Program-made: the position numbers and the translations under genes
Assembly: GCA_964617845.1 (NCBI GenBank)
Contig: CAZUAR010000003.1
Location: forward strand, 133,908 to 197,907
Direction of reading: 5' to 3'
Origin: an uncultured Kofleriaceae bacterium
GTDB lineage: Bacteria; Myxococcota_A; Polyangia; Haliangiales; Haliangiaceae
Length of the DNA stretch: 64,000 nucleotides
Shown here: in pieces, positions 1 to 8,839 of the stretch
Layout of the letters: each line of letters begins with the position of its first letter
Position numbering within the stretch: the stretch's first letter is position 1
The notes under the pieces: model-generated
What the model was told of the DNA's origin: nothing
What the model saw: the letters and a program-made list of their open reading frames with translations, nothing else
The model's database searches: none

Positions 1-400
1 ACAGCAGCGGCTTCACGACCTCGCGCGCGCTCGCGAGCAGATCACTCGCGCCGAGAGCGAGCTCGCCGAGGATCCGCTCGAGGAAGTTGCCGTTGCCCTT
101 GATCGCGCCGCGCAGCACCGGGCCGAGCTCGTTCGAGCCGTAGTCGAGCTCGACACCGTCGATGACCTCGATGCGATCGCCCGCGCTGTCGGGCGGCGGC
201 GTCAGACCGACGAGGTCGCGCGTCGGCGCGACGTGCACGCACTTGAGATCGAGATCGCTATCCGGCGACGGAAACCCGTACGCGTGCGCGCCGGACAGGT
301 ACACGACGAGGTGCGTGCGCTCGGCATCGCGCGCGGCGAGGAACGCGCGCGCGACGGTGCGCTGCTTCTCGGTCAGGACGCGCCACGGATCGGTGCTCAA
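1..400 (-). CDS. Pol-beta superfamily nucleotidyltransferase (partial, N-terminal 133 aa; runs off the window start)
   Basis: Minus-strand frame with very high GC3 reads LSTDPWRVLTEKQRTVARAFLAARDAERTHLVVYLSGAHAYGFPSPDSDLDLKCVHV...FLERILGEL. The G[GS]x(9-13)DhD nucleotidyltransferase motif is present. Proposed TTG start at 400..398 overlaps the TGA stop of the upstream gene (TTGA). It is homologous to the 4669..5940 protein. It is not in the ORF track because it lacks an ATG and runs off the edge. Confidence 0.5.
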   Translation of the reverse strand, partial: MSTDPWRVLTEKQRTVARAFLAARDAERTHLVVYLSGAHAYGFPSPDSDLDLKCVHVAPTRDLVGLTPPPDSAGDRIEVIDGVELDYGSNELGPVLRGAIKGNGNFLERILGELALGASDLLASAREVVKPLL

Positions 401-1671
401 TTGACGATTGTCGGAAGCGGCGGAGAGAACGTCGCGCCGGTCGTGGTTTGCGTCGCCGCTTTGATCGTGATGTAGCCCGCGCCGCCGCCACCGCCGCCAC
501 CGCCGGCGCCATCGGGCGAGCCATTGCCCGCGGCCGTGGGACTCGTGCTGCCGGTGCCGCCTTCACCACCCGAGCCACCGGTGCCTCCGTTCGCCGGCGT
601 CACCGAGAGCTGCCCATCCTGTCCGGCACCCGGGTTTCCGTTGCTGCCGCCGCCTTGCGCTCCGCCGCCACCGTTCGCGGCGAGGAGTGCGCCCGGCAGG
701 ATCGTCAACATCGGTGCTTCGAATCCGATCATGCCGCCCGATCCTCCGCCGCCTGCTCCGGCGCTGTCGTTCGTGCCGGGCCGTCCGCCGGCGCCGCTGA
801 CGTTGATGCGAGCCGTCGACACGAGCGAGATCGACGTCTTCGCGGTGAGCTGGACCGCGCCGCCGCCCAGGCCTCCGGCGCCGGCCGGCTGCGCGTTGCG
901 ACCGTTGCCGCCCGTCTGTCCCGGGCAACCCGCGGCGAGCAGCGGCGGCGTCGCGCCTGCCGGCGTGCCGGGCGTTCCGCCGGGTTCGTTGGTGCTGCCG
1001 TCGGCGCCTTCGCCGCCGGCCCCGCCCGCGCTCTGCATCGTTCCACCGGCACCGCCGCCGCCACCTTGGCCACCCGGATCCGGCTGTGTCGCGGGCGCGT
1101 GCGCCGTACAGAACGTCGTCGGGGTCTCGATCGGCATCGCGCCGGGGCCACGCTCGAGGCTCGTGCTGTTCGCCTCGATGCGGCCGCCGAGATCGATCGT
1201 GCTCCACGACGCGATGACGAGCGGATAGTTGCCCTTCACGCGGAGGATCGCTCCATCGGGCAGCGAGAACGACTCGACCGACACGACGCGCATCTCGCTA
1301 CCGGCGGTGCCGACGAGCATGTTCGGTGGCGTCGACGGGTTGTTCGCGAGATCCAGCAGCGTGCCGTCGCTCGTGTTGTAGATGTACGTGCCGGGGCCCG
1401 GCATCGACATCGGGCCCATCGGATCGGGGATGCTGCACGCATCGAAGTGACGCGAGCCGAAGCTCGTGCACGGATCCCCGTCGTCCATCGGCGTGGCATC
1501 GCCGTCACCACCGTCCTCGGGAAGCACGCAGAACCCCGACGGACCGCAGGTACGGCCGCCGTTGCACTCGCTGTCCTCGATGCACGCGTAGCGGTCCGAC
1601 GGCCTCGTGAAGCAGCCCGCGAGAAGCGACATCGCGAAGGCTGAGCGAAGACCGATCGTCATGATGTTCAT
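397..1671 (-). CDS. Glycine-rich secreted lipoprotein with Cys-rich N-terminal module
   Basis: ATG at 1671 gives MNIMTIGLRSAFAMSLLAGC (lipobox LAGC). A Cys-rich segment (CIEDSECNGGRTCGPSGFCV) follows. The C-terminal half is dominated by GGxGG/GxGG tracts. The upstream ORF extension is Arg-rich shadow sequence. The stop overlaps the TTG start of the downstream NTase. Confidence 0.6.
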   Translation of the reverse strand: MNIMTIGLRSAFAMSLLAGCFTRPSDRYACIEDSECNGGRTCGPSGFCVLPEDGGDGDATPMDDGDPCTSFGSRHFDACSIPDPMGPMSMPGPGTYIYNTSDGTLLDLANNPSTPPNMLVGTAGSEMRVVSVESFSLPDGAILRVKGNYPLVIASWSTIDLGGRIEANSTSLERGPGAMPIETPTTFCTAHAPATQPDPGGQGGGGGAGGTMQSAGGAGGEGADGSTNEPGGTPGTPAGATPPLLAAGCPGQTGGNGRNAQPAGAGGLGGGAVQLTAKTSISLVSTARINVSGAGGRPGTNDSAGAGGGGSGGMIGFEAPMLTILPGALLAANGGGGAQGGGSNGNPGAGQDGQLSVTPANGGTGGSGGEGGTGSTSPTAAGNGSPDGAGGGGGGGGAGYITIKAATQTTTGATFSPPLPTIVN

Positions 1672-2543
1672 GGCAACTCCGTGGAAAAGACCAAGGCTGC
1701 ACCGCCCTCGATCGGAACAGGTGTCAGCCTGCGGCTCGTGATCGAGTCGCTGTCGGCCGGCCGCTCGCTGCGCTCCATCACCATGCGAATGATCCCGTAG
1801 CCGAGCGCGACGACACCGACCGCGGTCAACGCGGTCCCGATCGTCTGGCGCTGTGCGCCCTTGTTCTCGAGAGGAACGAGCTCGCGGAAGTCGGCATCGG
1901 TCTTGGGCTTGAACTCTTCCACTTGCTTGCTGATCTGGATCGCGGAGTAGAGGAAGCCCACGCCGGCCGCGGTCGCGGCGCCGCCACCGACGAGGAACAC
2001 CCACGTCGTGCCGCTCACCTCGCCCGTGGCTCTGGGCCGGAGGACCTTGTCCTTGTCGGGGTCGGGCTTGATGGGATCATCCGGTTCTTCGGTGGAGTCG
2101 CAGGTCTCGCCTTCGAACAGCGAGCACGAGAGCTTGATCAGCTCGTCGGCCATCTCGTCGACGGTTCCTTCGACGGTGAATGCGCGCTGCTGGCGATCGG
2201 GACCGGGATCGTAGCGGGTGAGCGTGACCTTGAGCCGATCGTCGTCGAGCATCGCGATCGTGCCGAACACGATCCGCTTCGACTTGTAGTTCTTCGCGAC
2301 GGTCTCGAGGCACGACACGGAATCGGGATCGCAACCCGCGAGTCCGGCCGCGTCGTCGATCGGGAGCGGAGCGACCTGGCCGCCGAGCTCGTCGGCGAGA
2401 GCTTTCGAGAGCTGCTCGGGCGCCGCCGCGATCTTCAGCGGAAGGTTCGGTGCCGTGAGCGGGAAGACGGTCGTCGACGGTTTCGCGAGCGCAGTGGACA
2501 CTCCGAGGCACAGCATCGTCGCGATCAACAGCCTACGTTTCAT
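1668..2543 (-). CDS. Secreted/membrane-anchored hypothetical protein
   Basis: Signal peptide MKRRLLIATMLCLGVSTALA, an acidic PDPDKDK linker and C-terminal hydrophobic segments. ATGA overlaps with both neighbours (2540-2543 and 1668-1671). Confidence 0.6.
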   Translation of the reverse strand: MKRRLLIATMLCLGVSTALAKPSTTVFPLTAPNLPLKIAAAPEQLSKALADELGGQVAPLPIDDAAGLAGCDPDSVSCLETVAKNYKSKRIVFGTIAMLDDDRLKVTLTRYDPGPDRQQRAFTVEGTVDEMADELIKLSCSLFEGETCDSTEEPDDPIKPDPDKDKVLRPRATGEVSGTTWVFLVGGGAATAAGVGFLYSAIQISKQVEEFKPKTDADFRELVPLENKGAQRQTIGTALTAVGVVALGYGIIRMVMERSERPADSDSITSRRLTPVPIEGGAALVFSTELP

Positions 2544-4567
2544 GATCCTCCCTGCAACTGCTCGAGCCTGTTCCGCACGCTCCCACTGTCCTTCGCATTC
2601 GGCACGAGACGCAAATACGTCTTGAACGCCTCGATCGCCTTCTTCGTATTACCCGTGCCCTGATAGAGAATTCCGAGGCCGCGATGCGCGGGCGCGTAGC
2701 TCTTGTTCACCTTGATCGCGCGCTTGTAGGCAGCTTCGGCGGCCTTGAGGTTGCCGCTCATGTGAGCCTGCGAGCCCTCCTCGTACAGCGACTTCGCATC
2801 CGCGCCATCGGACGCGTCGGAGCTCTCGTCTTCGTCGTCGGGCGGCGATGTCTCGGTCTTCTCGGCCTTCTCGGTCTTCTCGGTCTTCTCGACCTTCTCG
2901 GCCTTCGCGATCTTCGTGGTGGTCTTGCGCGTGGTCTTCGTCTGCTTGCTCGTGGTCGCTGGTTCCGTACGCGCGACCGTCTTCTCCGTCACCACGGGTA
3001 CCGGCGCTGGTTGCTGCTGCGTCTGCGCGACCGCAGGCGGCGTCTGTACGGGCGGGGGCACCGTCTGCCGCTTGGTCGGCGCCTCCGGCAGCGCGTTCGG
3101 ATCGAGGACAGGGATCGTCTTGTCCGCGGTCGGCTGCTGTTTCGGCGCCGACTTCGATCCCCCGAGCGTCAAGAACAGCGCCGCCGCGACGCCGAAGATC
3201 GCGCCCGCGATCATCATCGCGAGCATCTTGCTGCTGCGCTCCGTCGGCGACAGCCCCGGCGGCCCCTCGAGCATCACCGGGTGCATCTGATACGGGAGAT
3301 CGCGCACCGACGGTCGCTGCATCGGCATGCCGTGCTGCGGATTCAGCGTGCCGTCGTGCCCGCGTTGCTCCTGGAGGTGCGGCGGCAGTGGGGTCGCGCG
3401 CGCCACGGCGCCGATGTGCGGCATCGAGCCGACGCGTGGAGCCGCGGGAACGAAGGCGCTGCCTCGCTCTGGCGTGTTGATCTCGCCGGAGTGCGGGCGC
3501 TGGTGGTGGCTGACGGGCTCGCTGAACACGCTGAGCGCGTCGCCGCTGAGCTCGTTGACCGCCGCGAACTCGACGGTCGCACGGCGCGCCATCGCGCTGC
3601 GCATCTGCATGCGATCGGCGAACAGCGCGAGCATGTAGTTCTCGATGTCCTTGGTGCCGATGCGCGCCTGCCAGATCGCGTCGTCGATCGCCTGCTTCAG
3701 CTCGCCCATCGTCTGGTACCGATCGGCGGGATCCGGTGCGAGCGCGCGGAGACACGCGATGTCGAGCGCGTGCGGGATCTGCGGGTAGTAGCTCGACGGC
3801 GGAACGCGGTCGGCGGTGAGCACCTGCATCAGCGTCGCGGCGACGTTGTTCGCGTTGAACAGCCGGCGCTGTGCCAGCGCCTCCCACAGGACAACGCCGA
3901 GAGAGAAGACATCGCTGCGCGCGTCCATCTCCTCGTTCTTGATCTGCTCGGGCGGCATGTAGCCGTACTTGCCCTTGAGCTCGCCCTCGCGCGTCGACGT
4001 CACGCGGCCCTCGGCCTTGGCGATGCCGAAGTCGACGACCTTCACGGTGCCGTTGTACTGGACGACGATGTTCGACGGAGACACGTCGCGGTGGACGATG
4101 CCGAGCGGCCGGCCGCTGAGGTCGTTGAGCGTGTGCGCGTGATAGAGACCGTCGGCGGCATCGGCGACGATCTTCGCGACCATGAACGGCGTCATCGGCC
4201 GATGCGAGGTGCGCGCTACCTTGAGCACCTGATGGAGCGACTCCCCCGCGAGGTACTCCATGACGATGTAGAACGTGCCGTACGCCTCGCCGAGCTCGTA
4301 CGTGTGTACGACGTTCGGGTGATCGATCTGCGCGGCGACCTTTGCTTCGTCGAGCAGCATGTTGATCGCCGCAGGGTCCTGCGCGAGATGCGGATGCACG
4401 ACCTTGATGACGACCAGCTTTTCGAATCCGTGCGGACCACGCTGGCGCGCAAGGATCACGCTCGCCATCCCGCCCGTACCAATCGTTGCCAGGAGCTCGT
4501 AGCGCCCTAGCATCGTGCCTGGTGCGAACTGGACGCCGAGCGGTGCCGTCAGCGACGCCGGTGTCAT
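2540..4567 (-). CDS. Hanks-type Ser/Thr protein kinase with TM segment, Pro-rich linker, EKTEK repeats and C-terminal TPR
   Basis: Kinase subdomains are present: GTGGMASV...VIKVV (G-loop/VAIK-like), HRDVSPSNI (catalytic loop), DFG, PPE. One TM helix, KTTTK/EKTEK repeats and a TPR-like tail (AEAAYKRAIKVNKSYAPAHRGLGILY) follow. Confidence 0.9.
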   Translation of the reverse strand: MTPASLTAPLGVQFAPGTMLGRYELLATIGTGGMASVILARQRGPHGFEKLVVIKVVHPHLAQDPAAINMLLDEAKVAAQIDHPNVVHTYELGEAYGTFYIVMEYLAGESLHQVLKVARTSHRPMTPFMVAKIVADAADGLYHAHTLNDLSGRPLGIVHRDVSPSNIVVQYNGTVKVVDFGIAKAEGRVTSTREGELKGKYGYMPPEQIKNEEMDARSDVFSLGVVLWEALAQRRLFNANNVAATLMQVLTADRVPPSSYYPQIPHALDIACLRALAPDPADRYQTMGELKQAIDDAIWQARIGTKDIENYMLALFADRMQMRSAMARRATVEFAAVNELSGDALSVFSEPVSHHQRPHSGEINTPERGSAFVPAAPRVGSMPHIGAVARATPLPPHLQEQRGHDGTLNPQHGMPMQRPSVRDLPYQMHPVMLEGPPGLSPTERSSKMLAMMIAGAIFGVAAALFLTLGGSKSAPKQQPTADKTIPVLDPNALPEAPTKRQTVPPPVQTPPAVAQTQQQPAPVPVVTEKTVARTEPATTSKQTKTTRKTTTKIAKAEKVEKTEKTEKAEKTETSPPDDEDESSDASDGADAKSLYEEGSQAHMSGNLKAAEAAYKRAIKVNKSYAPAHRGLGILYQGTGNTKKAIEAFKTYLRLVPNAKDSGSVRNRLEQLQGGS
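2852..2914. repeat. Seven tandem 9-bp coding repeats (tctcggyct) encoding the EKTEK/EKAEK motif inside the kinase gene
   Basis: Direct reading of 2852-2914: tctcggtct tctcggcct tctcggtct tctcggtct tctcgacct tctcggcct tcgcgatct. Confidence 0.8.
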
Positions 4568-4668
4568 GAGTCATCGATTATTGCACGCGCCCACACGTGG
4601 ATCGCTATCAACTTGGTGTGCGCAAACGCCTACGTCACGTCTCCAAAATGTGCATTTCGTTGCGCAAA

Positions 4669-5940
4669 TCAGTCGTCGTCGAAGCGCGCTTCGGGAGCCG
4701 GCGGCGCGCTCGCGCCCCAAGGGCCCGATTCCTGGAGAAGCCATCGACGCGCAGCGGCATCGCGCGTTCCGCGAAGCACGCGCTCGGCCTGCGCGACGTC
4801 TGGATGACGAGGCAGCGGCGACCCCTGACGCGCCATCTCGAGCTTCGGTGTGAGCTCCCGCGCGAGCGCCATCACGTCGGCCATCGGCACCTCGCCGCGC
4901 TTGATCGCCACGAGCGTCGGACGCAGGCTGTCCGAAACGCGGACAGTCGGCGGTTCGCCCGAGAGCCAGCGGATCGCGCTGTCGAGCAAGCGGATCAGGT
5001 TGTAGGCGTTCTTGGGCCGCAGGTCGCGAGGGAGCTCCATCTCCGTCTTCGCGACGGCGCGCAGTGATGCCCAGTCGTTCGCCGCGATGACGCCCTGATC
5101 GTAGAGCGAGCGATACAGCTGCTTGATGTAGTCGCGCGCGCGTGCGATCGCGTCGGATCTCGACGGTGCCGCGATGCGCGCACTGTCCGCGAGGCGCTCG
5201 GCCGCGGCGTCGAGCTCGAGCGAGGGATCGTCGCGCAGCCAGCCGATGACGGTGACGCGGTGATCGGCGAGCCGCTGGTTGTGCTCCAGCCGATCGAGCT
5301 GCGAGAGCGCGTAGCGACCGAAGCTCCCGTAGATCTCCTGCGAGATGAAGCTCGTGCGCATCGCGACGAGCGCCTCGCCCATCGGATCGACGACGATCGG
5401 ATCCGCGAACAGCATCTCGAGCGTGTTCGGATCCGCACGCAGCGCCTGGCGGATCGCTTTTCCGATCTCCCAGTAGCTCTGCGATCCGTCGAGCGACGAC
5501 AGGTCGAGCGGTGGATCGACGAGCCCCGTCGTCCACGGTGTGGGCAACACGAACACGCCCTTGCGATCCTCGTCGGAGCCCGCGTCGGCGACGCCCCACG
5601 CGCGCGAGCCGACGACCGTATCGATCACGATGCACGCGTGCAGCTGCTCCCACGCGGCTGCCCGGCGCTGGGCGTACTTGGCGACGCCGAGCTTTCGCGG
5701 CGTCACCTCGGCGCGCAGATACGTCGCGCGCTTCCCGTCGAGGAACACGACCTCGACGCGATCGCCGTCGACGGAGGTCACGCGCGCACTCGCCCCCTGC
5801 GGGATCACCCAGTCACCGACGCTGCGGTCGACGCGCGTCGTCACCTCGGTCCCGGCAGGAAGAGGCACCGTCTGGGGATCGAGGTCGGACAGTCCGCCGA
5901 GCCGCAGGGCCATGCCGGAGCGTAGCGCGTGTGAGAACAT
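4669..5940 (-). CDS. Pol-beta superfamily nucleotidyltransferase domain protein (423 aa) with N-terminal beta-rich extension and helical C-terminal domain
   Basis: CIVIDTVVGSRAWGVADAGSDEDRKGVFVLPTP matches the GS-x10-DxD NTase motif. A KNAYNLIRLLDSA helix sits in the C-domain. It is a paralog of the partial gene at 1..400. Confidence 0.65.
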   Translation of the reverse strand: MFSHALRSGMALRLGGLSDLDPQTVPLPAGTEVTTRVDRSVGDWVIPQGASARVTSVDGDRVEVVFLDGKRATYLRAEVTPRKLGVAKYAQRRAAAWEQLHACIVIDTVVGSRAWGVADAGSDEDRKGVFVLPTPWTTGLVDPPLDLSSLDGSQSYWEIGKAIRQALRADPNTLEMLFADPIVVDPMGEALVAMRTSFISQEIYGSFGRYALSQLDRLEHNQRLADHRVTVIGWLRDDPSLELDAAAERLADSARIAAPSRSDAIARARDYIKQLYRSLYDQGVIAANDWASLRAVAKTEMELPRDLRPKNAYNLIRLLDSAIRWLSGEPPTVRVSDSLRPTLVAIKRGEVPMADVMALARELTPKLEMARQGSPLPRHPDVAQAERVLRGTRDAAARRWLLQESGPWGASAPPAPEARFDDD

Positions 5941-5969
5941 CTCGCGCGGGTCGAGCGTTGAAGCGAAGC

Positions 5970-6680
5970 ATGCGCAAGCGACTGTGGATCCTCGGGCTGG
6001 CGACGGTCGTCACCGCGCTGCTCGTCGTTCGGTTCTGGCCGCAGGACGAGCGGCTCGATCTCGACGCGCCGAGCTGCTCCGAGGGGCCCACCACGCCCGG
6101 CATCGACGTCTCGTATCACCAGGGCCGGATCGAATGGTCCAAGGTGCGCCGCGCCGGCATCCGGTTCGCGTTCATCCGCGTCTCCGACGGACTCACCGTC
6201 ACCGATCCGGAGTTCGTGCGGAACTGGGCCAATGCACGCGAGGCCCGGATCGCACGCGGCGCCTATCAGTACTTCCGCCCCGAGCAGAACGCGATCGCGC
6301 AGGCGGACAAGCTGATCGCGGCGATCGCCGACGACAAGGGCGAGCTCGCACCCGTGATCGACGTCGAAGCGACCGGCGGCCTGCGCCCCGCGCAGATCGC
6401 GAAGCAAGTGACGCTGTGGATCGATCGCGTGCGCGCGCGCCTCGGCGTCGAGCCCATCGTGTACACGTCGCCGGACTTCTGGCGCGACGAGGTCGGCGGC
6501 GCGGACCTGTCGTCGCAACCGCTGTGGGTCGCGCACTACACGAGCGGCTGCCCGCGCGTGCCCGCTCCGTGGACGCGCTGGACCTACTGGCAGTACAGCA
6601 AGACGGGCCGCGTCCCCGGCATCAAGGGCCACGTCGATCTGAACGTGTTCCAGGGGCAGATGAAGTCGGCGACGAAATAA
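5970..6680 (+). CDS. GH25 family lysozyme (muramidase)
   Basis: Signal/TM MRKRLWILGLATVVTALLVV. GIDVSYHQGRIEWSKVRRAGIRFAFIRVSDG is the GH25 signature. YTSPDFW and WQYS motifs are present. True ATG at 5970 lies within the longer listed ORF. Confidence 0.85.
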   Translation: MRKRLWILGLATVVTALLVVRFWPQDERLDLDAPSCSEGPTTPGIDVSYHQGRIEWSKVRRAGIRFAFIRVSDGLTVTDPEFVRNWANAREARIARGAYQYFRPEQNAIAQADKLIAAIADDKGELAPVIDVEATGGLRPAQIAKQVTLWIDRVRARLGVEPIVYTSPDFWRDEVGGADLSSQPLWVAHYTSGCPRVPAPWTRWTYWQYSKTGRVPGIKGHVDLNVFQGQMKSATK

Positions 6681-6696
6681 ATCGCCGTCGGGCGAT
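6679..6696 (+). terminator. Stem-loop (7-bp stem aatcgcc/ggcgatt, 4-nt loop) immediately after GH25 stop; no U-tract
   Basis: aatcgccgtcgggcgatt read directly. Confidence 0.2.
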
Positions 6697-6746
6697 TGGC
6701 CGAAACTACCGGACGCCCGATCGCAGCTTCGCGATACGCCTCGCGC

Positions 6747-7322
6747 ATGCGCATCGTCCTCTCCCTCGCGCTTCTCGCTGCCTGTGACTCCGGCGGCACC
6801 TCGGATCCAGGTGTCGATGGTGGCGGCGGCGGAAGCGATGCGGGCTCGAATCAGAACACCGACGGCGGCGGCATGAACAACACCGACGGTGGATCGAGCA
6901 ATCGCATCCACTCGACGCTGACATCGAACTGCGGCGCGACGCTGCAAGGTCGTGCGATCGTCAACTTCAACGGCAACCTCGGCATCGCGTTCACCGAGGA
7001 CGACTCGCCGTACACGTTCCTCGGCTCGGTCCAGTTCGAGCTGCCCGACGGCTTCGTCGGCGCGATTCCGAACCCCGAGGTCTACAACCCGGATCAGCGC
7101 AAGATCGTCGCGATGACCACGCCGAGCTACGAGCTCCACGGCAATCACTGCTGGATGAACACCTCGCCTGCAGGTGGGAGCGTGACCGTCACCGAGTACC
7201 ATCCGAACGATGGAGTGGTGAAAGCAACGTTCGCCTCGTTACCGTTACGCAGCTGTACGGGCTCCTCGATCTGCGTTCTCACGGGAACGATCGAGACGAC
7301 GGGCGAAGGAGTGTTCGACTAG
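6747..7322 (+). CDS. Lipoprotein, hypothetical
   Basis: MRIVLSLALLAAC lipobox, a Gly/Asp-rich linker, and a Cys-containing C-domain. Confidence 0.55.
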   Translation: MRIVLSLALLAACDSGGTSDPGVDGGGGGSDAGSNQNTDGGGMNNTDGGSSNRIHSTLTSNCGATLQGRAIVNFNGNLGIAFTEDDSPYTFLGSVQFELPDGFVGAIPNPEVYNPDQRKIVAMTTPSYELHGNHCWMNTSPAGGSVTVTEYHPNDGVVKATFASLPLRSCTGSSICVLTGTIETTGEGVFD

Positions 7323-7339
7323 GAGTACGATGCTGCTCG

Positions 7340-8839
7340 ATGGGTGACGACGAGCTGCTCGCCAGCGAGCACCGCTTGCAGATGTTGCTCGGGTGTACGA
7401 AGGGCATCGTCTTCGAGCTCGATCGCGAGGGTCGCTACCTCAACGCATGGACGCACGACGAGATGCTCCTCGCGCTCCCGCGCGAACAGCTGATCGGCCG
7501 CACCCTTCGCGAGGTACTCGGCGAGGACGGCGAGCGATGGCACGCATCGATCGCGCGCGTCTACGACACCGGCCAGCCCGAGGCGATGGACTACGAGCTG
7601 GACGTGCAGAGCGGGCATCGCTGGTTCGTCGCCGACCTCGTGCTCGCGCCGGATCGCGCGGGCGTGGTCTGCCTCGTGCGCGACGTGACGGCGCACAAGG
7701 AGCTCGAGGAACAGCTCCGTCAGGCCCAGAAGATGGAAGCGATCGGCCAGCTCGCGGGCGGCATCGCGCACGACTTCAACAACATCCTGACGACGATCAC
7801 CGGATACAGCGAGCTGTTGCTCGACGCGCTCGATGACGACGACCCGAACCATCGCCACGCCGTGCGAATCCGCCAGGCATCGGAGCGCGCGACGCGCCTG
7901 ACGAGCCAGCTCCTCGACTACGCGCGACGTCGCTTGCTCGTCCCCGAGGTGCTCGACGTCAACGCCGTCGTCGCGAACATGGGCCGCATGCTGCGCCCGC
8001 TGATCGGCGAGCACATCGACGTGCGCCTCGATCTCGACATGCGCGCCGGCGGCGCGAAGGCGGATCGCAGCGGCATCGAGCAGGTGATCATGAACCTCGC
8101 GGTCAACGCGCGCGACGCGCTCGGCGCGGGTGGCACGCTGACGCTCGGCACCGAGCTCGTCACGCTCGACGAGATGCAGGCAAAGCACGCCGACCTGCCC
8201 GCCGGACGCTACGTCGCGATCACCGCCGCCGACGATGGCGAGGGCATGGACGCGCAGACGCGCGCGCGCATCTTCGAGCCGTTCTTCACGACCAAGCGCG
8301 TCGGCAAGGGCACCGGCCTCGGTCTCTCGACGGTGTACGGCATCGTCAAGCAGAGCGGTGGTGGCATCCTCGTCGAGAGCGAGGTCGGGCGCGGCACGAG
8401 GTTCCGCGTGTACCTCCCCTCGACGGCGCTGCCGATACCGGTGGAGACGCCGCCCGCACCTCCCGCGCACGCGCCGTCGGCGACCACGACGGTGCTCGTC
8501 GTCGAGGACGAGCCGACCGTCCGCGACCTCGTCGAGCGCTACCTGCGCACCGCCGGCTACGAGGTGCTCGTCGCGAACGATCCGCCGCACGCGCTCGAGC
8601 TCGCGCGCACGCGCACGATCGATCTGCTCGTCACCGACGTCGTGATGCCGATCATGGGCGGCGATGTCCTCGCGCAACGCCTTCGCGAGCTCCAGCCCAG
8701 CGTCCGCGTGCTGTACATCTCGGGCTACCCCGACGACGCGCGCACGGAAGGCCTGCCCCGCGTCTCGAACAGCGTGCTCTTGCCCAAACCGTTCACGCCG
8801 CAGGTGCTCGTTCGCGAAGTAGGGGCGATGTTCGAGTGA
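7340..8839 (+). CDS. Hybrid sensor histidine kinase (PAS - HisKA - HATPase_c - receiver)
   Basis: H-box [23 protein letters not shown] boxes [24 protein letters not shown]-terminal receiver VLVVEDEP...[10 protein letters not shown]...KPF. Confidence 0.85.
   Translation: MGDDELLASEHRLQMLLGCTKGIVFELDREGRYLNAWTHDEMLLALPREQLIGRTLREVLGEDGERWHASIARVYDTGQPEAMDYELDVQSGHRWFVADLVLAPDRAGVVCLVRDVTAHKELEEQLRQAQKMEAIGQLAGGIAHDFNNILTTITGYSELLLDALDDDDPNHRHAVRIRQASERATRLTSQLLDYARRRLLVPEVLDVNAVVANMGRMLRPLIGEHIDVRLDLDMRAGGAKADRSGIEQVIMNLAVNARDALGAGGTLTLGTELVTLDEMQAKHADLPAGRYVAITAADDGEGMDAQTRARIFEPFFTTKRVGKGTGLGLSTVYGIVKQSGGGILVESEVGRGTRFRVYLPSTALPIPVETPPAPPAHAPSATTTVLVVEDEPTVRDLVERYLRTAGYEVLVANDPPHALELARTRTIDLLVTDVVMPIMGGDVLAQRLRELQPSVRVLYISGYPDDARTEGLPRVSNSVLLPKPFTPQVLVREVGAMFE

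Noticed and set aside
2852-2914. Possible CRISPR-like array from 9-bp periodicity
   Set aside because: Repeats are contiguous with no spacers and lie in-frame inside a kinase gene. This is a coding tandem repeat, not CRISPR.
2649-4574. 641-aa and 608-aa alternative-frame ORFs over the TPR kinase gene
   Set aside because: Arg-rich low-complexity translations. The kinase frame has all Hanks motifs.
5841-7202. 453-aa minus ORF over GH25 and lipoprotein genes
   Set aside because: Shadow ORF. The plus strand carries clear GH25 signature and lipobox.
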